Source of the DNA: a virus
Taxonomy: Duplodnaviria > Caudoviricetes
Length of the DNA stretch: 64,000 nucleotides
Virus record (IMG/VR): IMGVR_UViG_3300047160_024814
Location: 1 to 64,000 of that record
Direction: 5' to 3' (one strand)
Part shown: positions 9,189-19,046 of the stretch, piece by piece
Position numbering within the stretch: position 1 is the stretch's first letter
Layout: every line of letters begins with the position of its first letter
The notes under the pieces: model-generated
Told to the model about the DNA's origin: nothing
The model's input: the letters and a program-made list of their open reading frames with translations, nothing else
The model's database searches: none
Made by a program: the position numbers and the translations under genes

Positions 9189-9799
9189 GCAACCGCCGCC
9201 GCGATCCCACCGCCTCACTCCGCGCCGCTTCACGTGCCGAAGCCCGCAAAGCCGACAAACGCGAACGCGACAACCGCCAAGCCGCTTTCGACTACATGCA
9301 GCAACGCGGCGCGTTCGCAGCCATCGGCCTTGGCCCCGATCAGGTCGCACGCGTAACCGGCGATCTCACATGGCGCTTCGATGACCACACGATCCAAGCC
9401 TATGTTCAATCACTCCCCTGGAATCCCGACGCGTCAAAACGAATCACCTGTTTTGAAATTTCTTATATCCACCCGGCGGAAGGTCGTTGGACCAAGCCGC
9501 GCAGCTATAAGAACCGCGCCAGATTCATCGAAACCAAACCCGCCTACACCACAACCACCGTCATCCCTGTGCCACATTGGGACTATGACGGCGTTGATCC
9601 ATTGATCGCACGTGAACCTTGGGAGCGTGCTGAAGCCAACCGCCAGCTGAACTATCTTAACATTGACGAAAGCTGGCGCGCCCTCTGGTCGATCCAGGAT
9701 GACGCACACCAGATGGAATGCAGCGAGCAACTACGCGAACAGCACGCCCATATTCCCGATGCCTGCACATTCCCTTACGCAACCGGACCGGAAGGCTAA
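9185..9799 (+). CDS. hypothetical protein
   Basis: 204-aa ORF with ATGA overlap. Confidence 0.6.
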   Translation: MSNRRRDPTASLRAASRAEARKADKRERDNRQAAFDYMQQRGAFAAIGLGPDQVARVTGDLTWRFDDHTIQAYVQSLPWNPDASKRITCFEISYIHPAEGRWTKPRSYKNRARFIETKPAYTTTTVIPVPHWDYDGVDPLIAREPWERAEANRQLNYLNIDESWRALWSIQDDAHQMECSEQLREQHAHIPDACTFPYATGPEG

Positions 9800-9804
9800 A
9801 ACCA

Positions 9805-10101
9805 ATGTCCCAGCTATTCGAAGCTCTCAAAACCACGTTTCCGCAATACATAACGGACGATGACAAACAGCTAAGTCCATCCGATCTGCTCGAAATGGTT
9901 TATGATCGACGCAAAGAAGACACCGCAACCTTACTGAAAGAATTCAGCCTGTCTGTACAGGTCACCGTTGACTTGCGATTCGTCAATGCAGCCGAAGCCA
10001 CTGCATGGGCACAAGAGCACACCGTATTCGACATGCTGGACAAAGGGGGACGCGTCAGTGAGATCGAAATTTACCACGACGGTCTCGTGAGTCCGGCATA
10101 G
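9805..10101 (+). CDS. hypothetical protein
   Basis: ATG at 9805 after GGAAGG. Confidence 0.55.
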   Translation: MSQLFEALKTTFPQYITDDDKQLSPSDLLEMVYDRRKEDTATLLKEFSLSVQVTVDLRFVNAAEATAWAQEHTVFDMLDKGGRVSEIEIYHDGLVSPA

Positions 10102-10128
10102 CACGCAATCCGACCAAACATTAACAAT

Positions 10129-10419
10129 TTGCTCCCCGCCCTCGACTTCATCACCACCTGTTTCGCGCTGACCACGGGCACGATCGTCGCGCTCATGGTC
10201 ATGCTCGTGGCCATACGCGCCGTCATCAATGGCGTCCGGCAAGCAATCCATTTTCACAAACGTAGGAAAACGCCCCAGACGCCCCAGACACCCCAGACAC
10301 CCCAGACACCCCAAACACCCCAAACACCTCAGACGCCCCGGACACCTCAGACACAAGCCCCCGATCACGACTCAGTTTCGCCGATCTCGATCGCATCCGC
10401 CTCGATCAGCAAACGCTGA
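10129..10419 (+). CDS. hypothetical membrane protein with TPQ tandem repeat
   Basis: One TM helix, then about 8 TPQ-type repeats (9-bp units, about 10269-10355). Confidence 0.45.
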   Translation: MLPALDFITTCFALTTGTIVALMVMLVAIRAVINGVRQAIHFHKRRKTPQTPQTPQTPQTPQTPQTPQTPRTPQTQAPDHDSVSPISIASASISKR

Positions 10420-11048
10420 CGCTCGATCGAGTTGGCGACGCTGTCAAAAATCTCCTGGCCTGCCGCATCCTCGATCCCTGGCGGCAGGTCTTCCCGCTGC
10501 ACGACGAAGTGCTTCGGCTTGGCAGCCCATTGCGGCCCGCCGAACCGCTCCAGGTACACCCGCTGCGCGCCGACCTCGCCTGACAGCCCGGCGTTGAACA
10601 GTGCTTCCATCATCTCGATCGGACCACGCACCGCGCCATAGCGATACAGCGCGCGCACATCGCCGTTGACGCGCACGGTTTCCCGCCACAGCTCGTCATC
10701 GATCTTCAGCCACACGCCGATCTGCGCGAGGTTGGCGCCCCACGCCGCCAGCTTCTCGATCTCGGCCATCTGCAGCATGGTCAGCTTGGCCGCAGGCGGC
10801 ACGAACCCGGGCGCCGGCTCCATCGCATCCAGCCGGGCGAGGTCCTGCTGCTGCTGCCCTCGCTGCTCCCGCTGCACAGGCCCATACCCACCCGGCGTCA
10901 GAAACCCCGGCCGCGGCGTCCCTGTGCCCGCTGGGTGGGCTCGCGTCATCCCTGGACGTGGCATAGGCCCTCCGATTGCTGGAACCGCTGTACGGCCCTC
11001 CAGGGGCCGGGAAACGGCATGTTGTGTAAAATCGGGCTTTTCTGCCAC
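10365..11048 (-). CDS. putative terminase small subunit-like HTH protein
   Basis: EIEKLAAWGANLAQIGVWLKID HTH followed by ALYRYGAVRG..EALFNAGLSGEVGAQRVYLER, resembling TerS-like helical proteins. Resemblance only. Confidence 0.45.
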   Translation of the reverse strand: MAEKPDFTQHAVSRPLEGRTAVPAIGGPMPRPGMTRAHPAGTGTPRPGFLTPGGYGPVQREQRGQQQQDLARLDAMEPAPGFVPPAAKLTMLQMAEIEKLAAWGANLAQIGVWLKIDDELWRETVRVNGDVRALYRYGAVRGPIEMMEALFNAGLSGEVGAQRVYLERFGGPQWAAKPKHFVVQREDLPPGIEDAAGQEIFDSVANSIERQRLLIEADAIEIGETES

Positions 11049-11128
11049 CCGAACGCCCCTTTTATCAATTCCCCTCCAAATTCAACTAATATTTTTTCAT
11101 ATAAACCGAATTCCGGAACCACCCCCGG

Positions 11129-11245
11129 CAGACCGCTCCCGGCAGACCGCTCCCGGCAGACCGCTCCCGGCAGACCGCTCCCGCCCAGACCGCTCCTGCC
11201 CAGACCGCTCCTGCTCAGACCGCTCCCGCCCAGACCGCTCCTGCC
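11129..11245. repeat. tandem array of 8 CAGACCGCTCC-core units (3 x 14 bp, 5 x 15 bp)
   Basis: Units start at 11129, 11143, 11157, 11171, 11186, 11201, 11216 and 11231. Confidence 0.9.
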
Positions 11246-11272
11246 AACCGGGCCACATCGTCGCCCGCTCCG

Positions 11273-11806
11273 TCAAGCCGTTCGTTTCACCAGCCACCAG
11301 GAATACCCGGCGCGTTTCTGGTAAGCCGACAGATCCTCGTTCAACTCAAATCGTTGCGTAAGCAGAAACGACCAATACAGCGAGCGCCGGACCATCTGCA
11401 CCTCCAGCGACGTACGCAGCATCGCCCAGGTCATGCAAACCAGCAGGTCATCGCCGATGTCCATCCGCTCCCAGCCGTATCGGCTCGTGGTGACGACGCG
11501 GCCCCGGCGCAACGACAACACCACCAGCCGGTCTTCCGGTTTCTGCTTGTCGCGCAGGCTCAACGGGCTGAATGCAAAACTCGCAGTGCCAGTGGGCTTG
11601 GCGAACCCGCGCAGCTGTTCATGCTGCCGTAACGCGGCAACCTGCTCGGCATCAAGCCCATCGACCCGTGCGCCAAACAACACGCCAGCTGTGTCACGCC
11701 ACAATTCCACCGTCCAATCCGCGCCGTTGGCAAGCGACTTGAAAAATTTCTGCGCGTTCTGCTCCTGCAAATCCCGGCTAAACCGTTGCACCTGTCCAAC
11801 TTCCAT
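11273..11806 (-). CDS. hypothetical protein
   Basis: 177-aa ORF with plausible composition. Confidence 0.55.
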   Translation of the reverse strand: MEVGQVQRFSRDLQEQNAQKFFKSLANGADWTVELWRDTAGVLFGARVDGLDAEQVAALRQHEQLRGFAKPTGTASFAFSPLSLRDKQKPEDRLVVLSLRRGRVVTTSRYGWERMDIGDDLLVCMTWAMLRTSLEVQMVRRSLYWSFLLTQRFELNEDLSAYQKRAGYSWWLVKRTA

Positions 11807-12291
11807 GATTGACCCTATGCGTTACCTAATAACCCCCTACACATCTTGCCGAACGGCGTCAATCCCCGCGAACCAGCTCATCCATCTCATTTATTTTTGC
11901 ACATATAAATCTCAAACCCCCAAACATGATATTTTCTCCTAGAGGATGTACCGAAGAATACACTTTACCAGAGGCTCAAACCATTGACAGTCAACCAGAA
12001 AATCTGCAAATATGCAAATTCCATGTGTTCTCGGTATAAGGACTCGCGTATGAGGGACTAACCCGTTACCGTGTCAACAACTGTTTTTAACCTAATTAGA
12101 GGGTCCTCGCGTAGGAGTCTTAATCTCGATGCACACACAAACTATAACTCCACACATATTTATCTTCGCAATTTCAACCGAAAGGCTAATTGGTAAAGTG
12201 TATTCTGCATGGTTTTATGCGGGTCAAAACATCAATTTTTCCGACCCTAAGGTATGCTATTACCGTTTGTTACAATTCCATTATAATCTGT

Positions 12292-12320
12292 TTGACAAGC
12301 CCTGTTTTCTCAACTATACT
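12292..12320 (+). promoter_or_regulatory. sigma70-type promoter
   Basis: TTGACA-N17-TATACT. Confidence 0.7.
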
Positions 12321-12352
12321 ACAACCTGAAGTACCCTAATGGAGTACAAAAT

Positions 12353-12721
12353 ATGCGTGATGAACCCCAGATCGGCGACATTGTCTCAGTAAGACGCAGG
12401 ATTGGTGCTAGTATGGAACCATTCACTTGCGAAATTATAGCAATCGATCCGGCAGCAGATCAGATCCATGTACGGTTTCCCGATGGTCGTACCGCACGGC
12501 GTGCTCGCCGCTATGTCAGCAAAGTGCGGGTAACCGGAGAAGATCGTGCACGAGTGCATGGTCATAACACCGTGGTGCCATGTAAAATCATCTTCGGCGA
12601 GGATGTCTTTTATCTTTACTGGTCGGATGATCACGTTGACCAACATCCACTCACCTCGCTCAAGCTCTACGGCGCTTCATATCCATTTGTGCCTGTGGCA
12701 CAGGCAAAACATCCCTTATGA
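12353..12721 (+). CDS. hypothetical protein
   Basis: GGAG SD, downstream of the promoter at 12292. Confidence 0.65.
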   Translation: MRDEPQIGDIVSVRRRIGASMEPFTCEIIAIDPAADQIHVRFPDGRTARRARRYVSKVRVTGEDRARVHGHNTVVPCKIIFGEDVFYLYWSDDHVDQHPLTSLKLYGASYPFVPVAQAKHPL

Positions 12722-12730
12722 AAATAACAC

Positions 12731-12760
12731 TTGACAACCCCTCGCCCAGCACGCTACTTT
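12731..12760 (+). promoter_or_regulatory. sigma70-type promoter
   Basis: TTGACA-N18-TACTTT. Confidence 0.55.
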
Positions 12761-13321
12761 ACACCTGCACGCAGACGAAAGGCAGCCACATGGTGAAGTG
12801 AACAAACTTATCTTAGACCTTATGAAAGTTGAGCAGGCGGGCGCTGGCCGCATTCCCCCGAATCCAGCGCCCGCCACACTCCTCACACATCTGGCACATC
12901 TGACACATGCCACATCATTGACACAAGGCGCGCAGCATGATTGAGCACTCAGGCAAAACCTCACGATCCAGTGCTATGGTCCCTTACCGCGGTCTGGTAT
13001 TCGTGCACACCTTCTGGCTCGATGCCGAGTACCGGCCTTTGCATATGCGTGTGACGCGCATTGCCGGTGGCTCGCTTCGCGAGAGAAGCTGTGCTGGCGC
13101 ACGCTACAGCACCGTGTATTACCGCGCCCTGGATGGTAGCTTTCTGACCCATTGCCGGGTGGACCAGTTCTCCCAGGTCAGCCCGACCCCTGCTGCCTCC
13201 GCTAGACCCCGCCAGTCCCTCCGGGACACCTCTAGCGCCGCCTGGGACCCCGCCAGAGCCTCTTGGTTCTGTCACAGGTCTTAGAGGCAACGCTTCCAAT
13301 CCCGATTGAGGAGCCTCCCCG

Positions 13322-13585
13322 ATGTCTTTCGAGATTTTCACCGTTGACGCCATCGCCGGCCGCTTCCAGGTCGCGGTAAAGGCGCACAAGGATGCGTTTC
13401 CTGGCGACAGCCGCAGCGATGCGTGGAAGATCGTAGAGGCTCGTTGGGGCCGTGGCGCACGCCTGCTGCGCGATGCCATCAAGGCCCGCAGGCTGACGGC
13501 GAAGTTCGAGGAAGACCCCACAGCGCGTGGCTGGGGCTACGTGGCTCGCGCAACACACCCTGAGGCCCCACCAGCCCATGAGTGA
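13322..13585 (+). CDS. hypothetical protein
   Basis: GAGGAG SD; overlapped by the start of the next ORF. Confidence 0.65.
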   Translation: MSFEIFTVDAIAGRFQVAVKAHKDAFPGDSRSDAWKIVEARWGRGARLLRDAIKARRLTAKFEEDPTARGWGYVARATHPEAPPAHE

Positions 13586-13820
13586 CCCGCTCTACCAGCA
13601 GGTCCTGATGACCCGACATTGGTTGGCGGCGTGGATAGGGGATAACCGCTCCGGTTGGTTTACCTTCAGCCTGGAGTACCCCCAGTCTTTCCCGATCACC
13701 TATGCGTTCCGGGAGGCGACATTGAAGCATTTACACCTCGGCAGGCCCACGCCACCAGACGGTGCTATCTTGGTATCGTTGACCCCGATGGCGGGTCCAC
13801 CTCCGGAGGAGCCTTCATGA
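13578..13820 (+). CDS. hypothetical protein
   Basis: ATG at 13578 after GAGG. Confidence 0.5.
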   Translation: MSDPLYQQVLMTRHWLAAWIGDNRSGWFTFSLEYPQSFPITYAFREATLKHLHLGRPTPPDGAILVSLTPMAGPPPEEPS

Positions 13821-14380
13821 GCTTCAGTGCTGTACCTCGCATTGTGCAGATATCGGCCACTGGTGGAGCGACCACCAACGACCCTGACCAGCTGTATGCG
13901 CTGGCGGAGGATGGCACCCTGTGGGCCTTGCAGAACAACAACAGCAAATTATTCTGGGTGGCTTTGCCGCCTTTGCCTTTGGCCGGGACCGCTCAGGTGT
14001 TGTTCGAATCGACGGCACTGGCGCATACTCCGCTCAACCCGCTCAATCCGCCATCTGGCACAGCGGGCACGGCGGGCACGCTGGCCACGCCAACCACACC
14101 AATCACGCCTGGCACTCCTCAAGCATCTCAAGCATCAACCGAACCGGTTCCGGCGATCCCGGTCTTGACTCTCCCGCCGGAACCCGCGATATTCCAGACA
14201 CTCTCAACAATCACTCCCGCGCCGTCGGACCCTGCTCCCGCTCCATCCCCTCCCTCCTCCACTCCCGCGCATCCCCATGGCCTGCTGCAGCGGATCGAAC
14301 ATTTCCTGCATCCGGGCAAAACCGAACTACCATCCGGTCCCCACACTTCCGAGCAATCCCAAGGAACCAAACCTGAATGA
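13817..14380 (+). CDS. hypothetical Pro/Thr-rich protein
   Basis: GGAGGAG SD, ATGA overlap, low-complexity C-terminus. Confidence 0.55.
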   Translation: MSFSAVPRIVQISATGGATTNDPDQLYALAEDGTLWALQNNNSKLFWVALPPLPLAGTAQVLFESTALAHTPLNPLNPPSGTAGTAGTLATPTTPITPGTPQASQASTEPVPAIPVLTLPPEPAIFQTLSTITPAPSDPAPAPSPPSSTPAHPHGLLQRIEHFLHPGKTELPSGPHTSEQSQGTKPE

Positions 14381-14631
14381 AAATCCTCGACATCACTCAT
14401 GATGGCACCCGCAAGCTGGTAACCAGTGACGAGCACACATTCTCGCACTATGAGCCGCATGACGGCTCGCCGGTCGATCTCGACCCGGTACTTCCGGTCT
14501 ATTTGCGCCAGCATCATTTTGTCGCGGCCGTGAAGGCGGGTGGTGCCGACAAAAACGGATTGGTCTTAGGACCCATTGAAAATCCCAACCCAGCCAAGTG
14601 GCAAATTCTTGGCCGCGCGGATGCCGCCTGA
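14377..14631 (+). CDS. hypothetical protein
   Basis: ATGA overlap. Confidence 0.55.
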   Translation: MKILDITHDGTRKLVTSDEHTFSHYEPHDGSPVDLDPVLPVYLRQHHFVAAVKAGGADKNGLVLGPIENPNPAKWQILGRADAA

Positions 14632-14848
14632 CACCTACTATCGGCGTACCACCCCGGCGGATCTCGCGCGTCTTCGCCGGCTGGCGGATTCCGGCTGCAC
14701 GATGACACAAGCCGCTGCCGAGTTAGGCTGGGATTATCAACGCGTGCAATATTGGCGCGACCGCACTCCGGACCTGCGGTTCACGCCGCATTTACGCCCA
14801 GTCAAAACATCAACCCCCAAAATACCAACCCCCAAAAATAACACTTGA
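14621..14848 (+). CDS. small HTH protein
   Basis: GCTMTQAAAELGWDYQRVQYW HTH-like segment. Confidence 0.6.
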   Translation: MPPDTYYRRTTPADLARLRRLADSGCTMTQAAAELGWDYQRVQYWRDRTPDLRFTPHLRPVKTSTPKIPTPKNNT

Positions 14849-14873
14849 CAACCTGTCAACATCTCTTTACCTC
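14845..14873 (+). promoter_or_regulatory. sigma70-type promoter with TTGACA-acc-TGTCAA palindrome
   Basis: TTGACA-N17-TACCTC. Confidence 0.5.
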
Positions 14874-14909
14874 ATGGTCCATGGATTCAGACCAGATTGA
14901 AATGTTGCC

Positions 14910-15251
14910 ATGAGCAAAGCGCTCTTGATCGATGTGCACAATCGCATGATCACCGAAACCACAGTCACCGATCTCGAACAGATTCAAAAACTTCTGCATG
15001 GCCATCTGGAAGTGGCCTATCAGTTCGATACTGGCGATGTGTTGTATGTCGATGAGGAAGGCTTGTACAAGCCAAACCAGCAGTATTTTCATCTGCATCA
15101 GCGGCCGGATCAGGCTTTGGCAGGGAATGGCCTGCTCGTGGGTCGTGAAGCCCCTCCCAACTGGTTTCCCGCCGATGTGGTTCTGACGATTGCCGAATTG
15201 CGCACCTGGATCAGATTTCTGCAACGTGCGCCAGCACAGCGTTTCTCGTGA
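14910..15251 (+). CDS. DUF3846-like phage protein
   Basis: LEQIQKLLHGHLE, DVLYVDEEGL, LAGNGLLVG pattern. Confidence 0.6.
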   Translation: MSKALLIDVHNRMITETTVTDLEQIQKLLHGHLEVAYQFDTGDVLYVDEEGLYKPNQQYFHLHQRPDQALAGNGLLVGREAPPNWFPADVVLTIAELRTWIRFLQRAPAQRFS

Positions 15252-15643
15252 AGCGAACTGCCATGATCAAACCTGCTAAAGCTGCCTTGTTGGCGGTGGC
15301 TGCCGTCCTGACCACCATCCCCCTGGTCCTGGCGGCGTCGCCGCCGACCGAGTGGTATCTGCTCAACTTCCGCATTGGTCAGTGCCAGAATACCAAGATC
15401 CTGCCGCCGCAATTGCGCTCGCCGCAGAGTTGGATCAACATGCTGCGCATCAATAATGCGTATGGTTCGCAGGAGATCCAGCGCGACGACGAGGGCAAAA
15501 TCGTCTCGGTCATGATCGCCGACAACCAGCCCACCGGCTCGATGGCCCAGATGTTCTTCCCTTCGATGCAATTATGCGAAGTCTATCGTATCGTGGCGGT
15601 GGCTAAGGGCATTTTGCCGGCGAAGCCGAAGGAATTGGAATGA
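15248..15643 (+). CDS. hypothetical secreted protein
   Basis: Signal-peptide-like N-terminus and two Cys. Confidence 0.55.
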   Translation: MKRTAMIKPAKAALLAVAAVLTTIPLVLAASPPTEWYLLNFRIGQCQNTKILPPQLRSPQSWINMLRINNAYGSQEIQRDDEGKIVSVMIADNQPTGSMAQMFFPSMQLCEVYRIVAVAKGILPAKPKELE

Positions 15644-15897
15644 CCTCACCGACCAATCATCCTGACACCACCCTCTCACCACCCTGGTTACCGCCGCTCG
15701 TTCATGCCGCCTTGGAGCGTGGTTACCAGCTGGCTGTCGAGAATCTACGCAATCTTGAATCCGCCTACCCGCACGATCCACGGATGCGCATGGCGATCCG
15801 CGCGTTGGCCGGATATGTACAAGCCCTGTCACCGGATAGGATCGCTCAACCAAGCCGGATCATCCGCCCCCTGGATGCCAGCCCCGATGCCTCCTGA
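15640..15897 (+). CDS. hypothetical protein
   Basis: ATGA overlap with the upstream gene. Confidence 0.45.
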   Translation: MTSPTNHPDTTLSPPWLPPLVHAALERGYQLAVENLRNLESAYPHDPRMRMAIRALAGYVQALSPDRIAQPSRIIRPLDASPDAS

Positions 15898-16606
15898 CAT
15901 TCTTCCGCCACCCGAACACATGATGTTCGATGGTCCGGCGTCGGCGGATATATTCACCGAGAACGGCCGGGAATATCTGCAACTCTACCGTGATCTTCTC
16001 GACCTCCAGCCTACCGCCCGGATGCTGGATATCGGCTGCGGCATCGGCCGCAAGACCATCCCGTTGGTGCCCTATTTGACCCAAGGTTCGTATGAGGGGA
16101 TCGACTGCAACATCTCAGGCATCGACTGGTGCCAGGAGAATATCACCCCGGTGGCGCCGAACTTCCGCTTCCAGCACGTGGATATATACGCACGTAACTA
16201 CAATCCTTACGGCATCATTCCGCCGGAGACTTTCAATTTTCCCTTCCCGGATGCCGAATTCGATGTCATCACCCTCAATTCGGTCTTCACCCACATGGCC
16301 TCACCCGGCGTCGAACAGTACCTTCGCGAAGTCAGTCGGATGCTCAAACCCACTGGTCAGTGTTTCATCACCTGGTTCATCACCGATGGCGATCGCTGGC
16401 CACATCCCGGATTCCCCGACCCGCATGACCATGGCTGGATGGCCAACTGGGCATCTCCCGAGCAGGCCATTACCTATGATCTCGAATGGGTGTTTGTGCA
16501 GTACCACCAAGCCAATCTGAATCCTCGCTCACGTCATCTTGGACGCTGGTCAGGGAGATCTCATGGCTTGACGCATCAGGACATCATTATCGGAGCCAAA
16601 GCATAA
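15887..16606 (+). CDS. class I SAM-dependent methyltransferase
   Basis: MLDIGCGIGR motif I, YEGIDC, FPFPDAEFDVITLNSVFTHM. Confidence 0.9.
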   Translation: MPPDILPPPEHMMFDGPASADIFTENGREYLQLYRDLLDLQPTARMLDIGCGIGRKTIPLVPYLTQGSYEGIDCNISGIDWCQENITPVAPNFRFQHVDIYARNYNPYGIIPPETFNFPFPDAEFDVITLNSVFTHMASPGVEQYLREVSRMLKPTGQCFITWFITDGDRWPHPGFPDPHDHGWMANWASPEQAITYDLEWVFVQYHQANLNPRSRHLGRWSGRSHGLTHQDIIIGAKA

Positions 16607-16820
16607 ACATGGACCTGATCATCCATCACCCTTTCTGGTTCGTCGCCCTCGCGTTCATCGGCGTCGTGCTCGCTGTGCTCAGCGGCACGAACCGCGAGGC
16701 CCGCGCCACCGACGAGCATCAGTGAGACCGTCCACTGAAATTGCTATTTGCATCTTTCTGGTCTTCGGCTGTGCAGCCCTTCTCGGTTTCGTCGTATTCC
16801 TGTTGTTTCCGAAATAACTA

Positions 16821-16849
16821 TTGACAGAATTGGGGCAATCCCGTATGAT
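16821..16849 (+). promoter_or_regulatory. sigma70-type promoter
   Basis: TTGACA-N17-TATGAT. Confidence 0.7.
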
Positions 16850-16877
16850 TTGATTATCTTTGTACAAGTGAGCGAGC

Positions 16878-17183
16878 ATGAGCCGTCATCCGAGACCTCC
16901 ATCAAAACTGGAGATTGTCCGTTGGGTTGCCAGCTATCAGAAAGGCGCGTCGATCAACGACATTGCCCGGATGGTGGAGCGGTCGCCGTCGTTCGTCTAT
17001 AAGCGTTTGCAGCAGGCCGGTGTTCGCTTCCGCCCACCCGGCGCCTATTACACCAAAATCGATCCCAAGATGGAGCAGTTGATCAAGCGGAAGCGGCGCC
17101 AGGGTGTTCCACCGGCCGATCTGGCTGTGGAGTTCAAAGTCAGCCGCCAGTGGATTTATGAACTGACAAAAGATGTGGCTTAA
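16878..17183 (+). CDS. tandem HTH DNA-binding protein
   Basis: GASINDIARMVERSPSFVYKRL and GVPPADLAVEFKVSRQWIY. Confidence 0.75.
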   Translation: MSRHPRPPSKLEIVRWVASYQKGASINDIARMVERSPSFVYKRLQQAGVRFRPPGAYYTKIDPKMEQLIKRKRRQGVPPADLAVEFKVSRQWIYELTKDVA

Positions 17184-17247
17184 ACCCGCAATCCTAAACC
17201 TCAAACCCTAAATCCTAAATCCTAAATCCCTTCCGACAAAACAACAC

Positions 17248-17276
17248 TTGACAGCCGCCGTTTCATCTTTTACCCT
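17248..17276 (+). promoter_or_regulatory. sigma70-type promoter
   Basis: TTGACA-N17-TACCCT. Confidence 0.6.
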
Positions 17277-17415
17277 TTCTGCCATGATTCAAGATCCCAA
17301 GCCTGTTATGCCGCTTCGCCCGATCCTTTATGGATCGTTGATCAGTGCCGTATTGTGGCTGGTCCTGATAGGACTAGGCTGGCTGGTATGGCACAACCTG
17401 TGACATGAGGGTCCG

Positions 17416-17910
17416 ATGACCGAGAACGTACCAGTCGTCACGTTCCATGACGAACAGAACCGTTTGCTGGGCTCCGTGCTGGCCGAGCGGCGTGGCTGGC
17501 ACAAGATCCCGCCCGCCATTCTGGTGCGGATGTTGAAATACGAAGACGACATGCCGTCGATCCTTGCCCGGATCGATCGAAACGAGGTGACCGGGGTGTT
17601 CCGGGTCATCCAGGGCATCCAGGGCGAGTGGGGGTTGGAGATGGAGGCGGTGCTGACGCCGGAGGCGGATGACCGTATCCGCAACTCCGAGCTGGCCTTT
17701 GGCGGCACGGTCGCGCATGTCGTTGCTGCGGTGCAGCACCGGATGGCGGGTGAGGCGCACGTGGCGTCCGACGCCAGTGTGATCCGGGCCGGCAGCCCGG
17801 CCCCTGAGCCGTCCCCTGGCCGGCAGCCTGCGGTCATCGAGGGTCACGCCATGGACCTCGACAAGGCCCGCCAGCACGCCGGCACGGCCCGTCCTGAGAG
17901 GGAGAACTGA
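17416..17910 (+). CDS. hypothetical protein
   Basis: GAGG SD, 164 aa. Confidence 0.65.
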   Translation: MTENVPVVTFHDEQNRLLGSVLAERRGWHKIPPAILVRMLKYEDDMPSILARIDRNEVTGVFRVIQGIQGEWGLEMEAVLTPEADDRIRNSELAFGGTVAHVVAAVQHRMAGEAHVASDASVIRAGSPAPEPSPGRQPAVIEGHAMDLDKARQHAGTARPEREN

Positions 17911-17912
17911 GC

Positions 17913-18317
17913 ATGTGGCGATATGCCTCCCCTGGTGGTCTTCTGGCGAGCGTTCTTCTGGCGGGCAGCGTGGCTGGTGGCGCCGGCTTCTATGCCGCCG
18001 GCAGCTATCATCCGGTCCCGAGCTCGCCGCTCCCAGCCGCCGTCCAGCCCGTCGCTGACCCGCACCAAACCGAGCTGTTGACTCGTATCCTGTACCAACA
18101 GGCGCAGATCAATGTGACGCTGCAGCAGACCAATGAAGCCCTGCATCATGTGGACGCCGGCCTGCAACAGACCAACACAGTACTTCAACAGATCGCCGCG
18201 CTGTCGAACGAGGCGGCGGAACAGCGCCGCCGGGCGCAGGCAGCCGATGCCGCGGCGTTGCGCAAATTCAACGGCGATGCCGGGTCGTTCGTCAACTCGG
18301 CCAAACGGGTCAATTGA
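17913..18317 (+). CDS. hypothetical membrane-anchored coiled-coil protein
   Basis: N-terminal TM helix and a Gln-rich heptad region. Confidence 0.6.
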   Translation: MWRYASPGGLLASVLLAGSVAGGAGFYAAGSYHPVPSSPLPAAVQPVADPHQTELLTRILYQQAQINVTLQQTNEALHHVDAGLQQTNTVLQQIAALSNEAAEQRRRAQAADAAALRKFNGDAGSFVNSAKRVN

Positions 18318-18330
18318 AGTGAGTCAATTG

Positions 18331-18633
18331 ATGAAAACCATCCTTGCCGCCCTCGGCATCTTTGCCCTGGTCTTCTATCCCCTGGCCCTCTCTCCCTCTT
18401 ACGCCCAGTTGCCGCAATGGTATCTGGCACCTGACTGCCGGCCGGCGAACACCGACCCGGCAGGGTATGTGCATTATCTGCAAAGCCAGGGCCACATCGT
18501 TCTCTACAACAAGGTGTTCGATCCCAAGTACGGACCGTATGCGGTGGTGGTTTTTGATGGCCCGGTAAATCATACGCTGTTCTATCCGAATTTGACTTAT
18601 TGCCAACTCAACAATCAGAAGACTCATCGATGA
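18331..18633 (+). CDS. hypothetical secreted protein
   Basis: Signal peptide MKTILAALGIFALVF. Confidence 0.55.
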   Translation: MKTILAALGIFALVFYPLALSPSYAQLPQWYLAPDCRPANTDPAGYVHYLQSQGHIVLYNKVFDPKYGPYAVVVFDGPVNHTLFYPNLTYCQLNNQKTHR

Positions 18634-19046
18634 TCCTGGGTTTCAGCGGCACAAGGCAGGGCATGTGGCAGGATCAGATCCTGCGGGTGAGGCAGTATCT
18701 CGAACGCTATCAGCCGGGTTGGCTGCATCATGGCATGTGCCAGGGGGCGGATGCGCAGGTGCATATGCTCGCCGGTCTCCTGGGCTGGAAGGTGCATGGT
18801 CATCCGCCGGTCAACAAGTATCTGATGATGAAGTTCGACCCGAAGACATTTCATGCAATGTCGGCACCGGGCGAATATCTTGAGCGCAACCGGCATATCG
18901 TCGATGCCTGTGACGAGTTCTGGGCGGCGCCGATCGAGAAGAGCGAGCAGCGGCGAGGTGGTACCTGGTCAGCGATCCGGTATGCCCGGATGCGCAGGAA
19001 GAAACTGACGATCTTCTGGGCGAATGGGGAGGTACTTCTCCCATGA
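18630..19046 (+). CDS. SLOG superfamily (YspA/DprA-like) nucleotide-binding protein
   Basis: ILGFSGTR, HHGMCQGADAQVH, YLERNRHIVDACD, GGTWSAIRYAR. Confidence 0.75.
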   Translation: MILGFSGTRQGMWQDQILRVRQYLERYQPGWLHHGMCQGADAQVHMLAGLLGWKVHGHPPVNKYLMMKFDPKTFHAMSAPGEYLERNRHIVDACDEFWAAPIEKSEQRRGGTWSAIRYARMRRKKLTIFWANGEVLLP

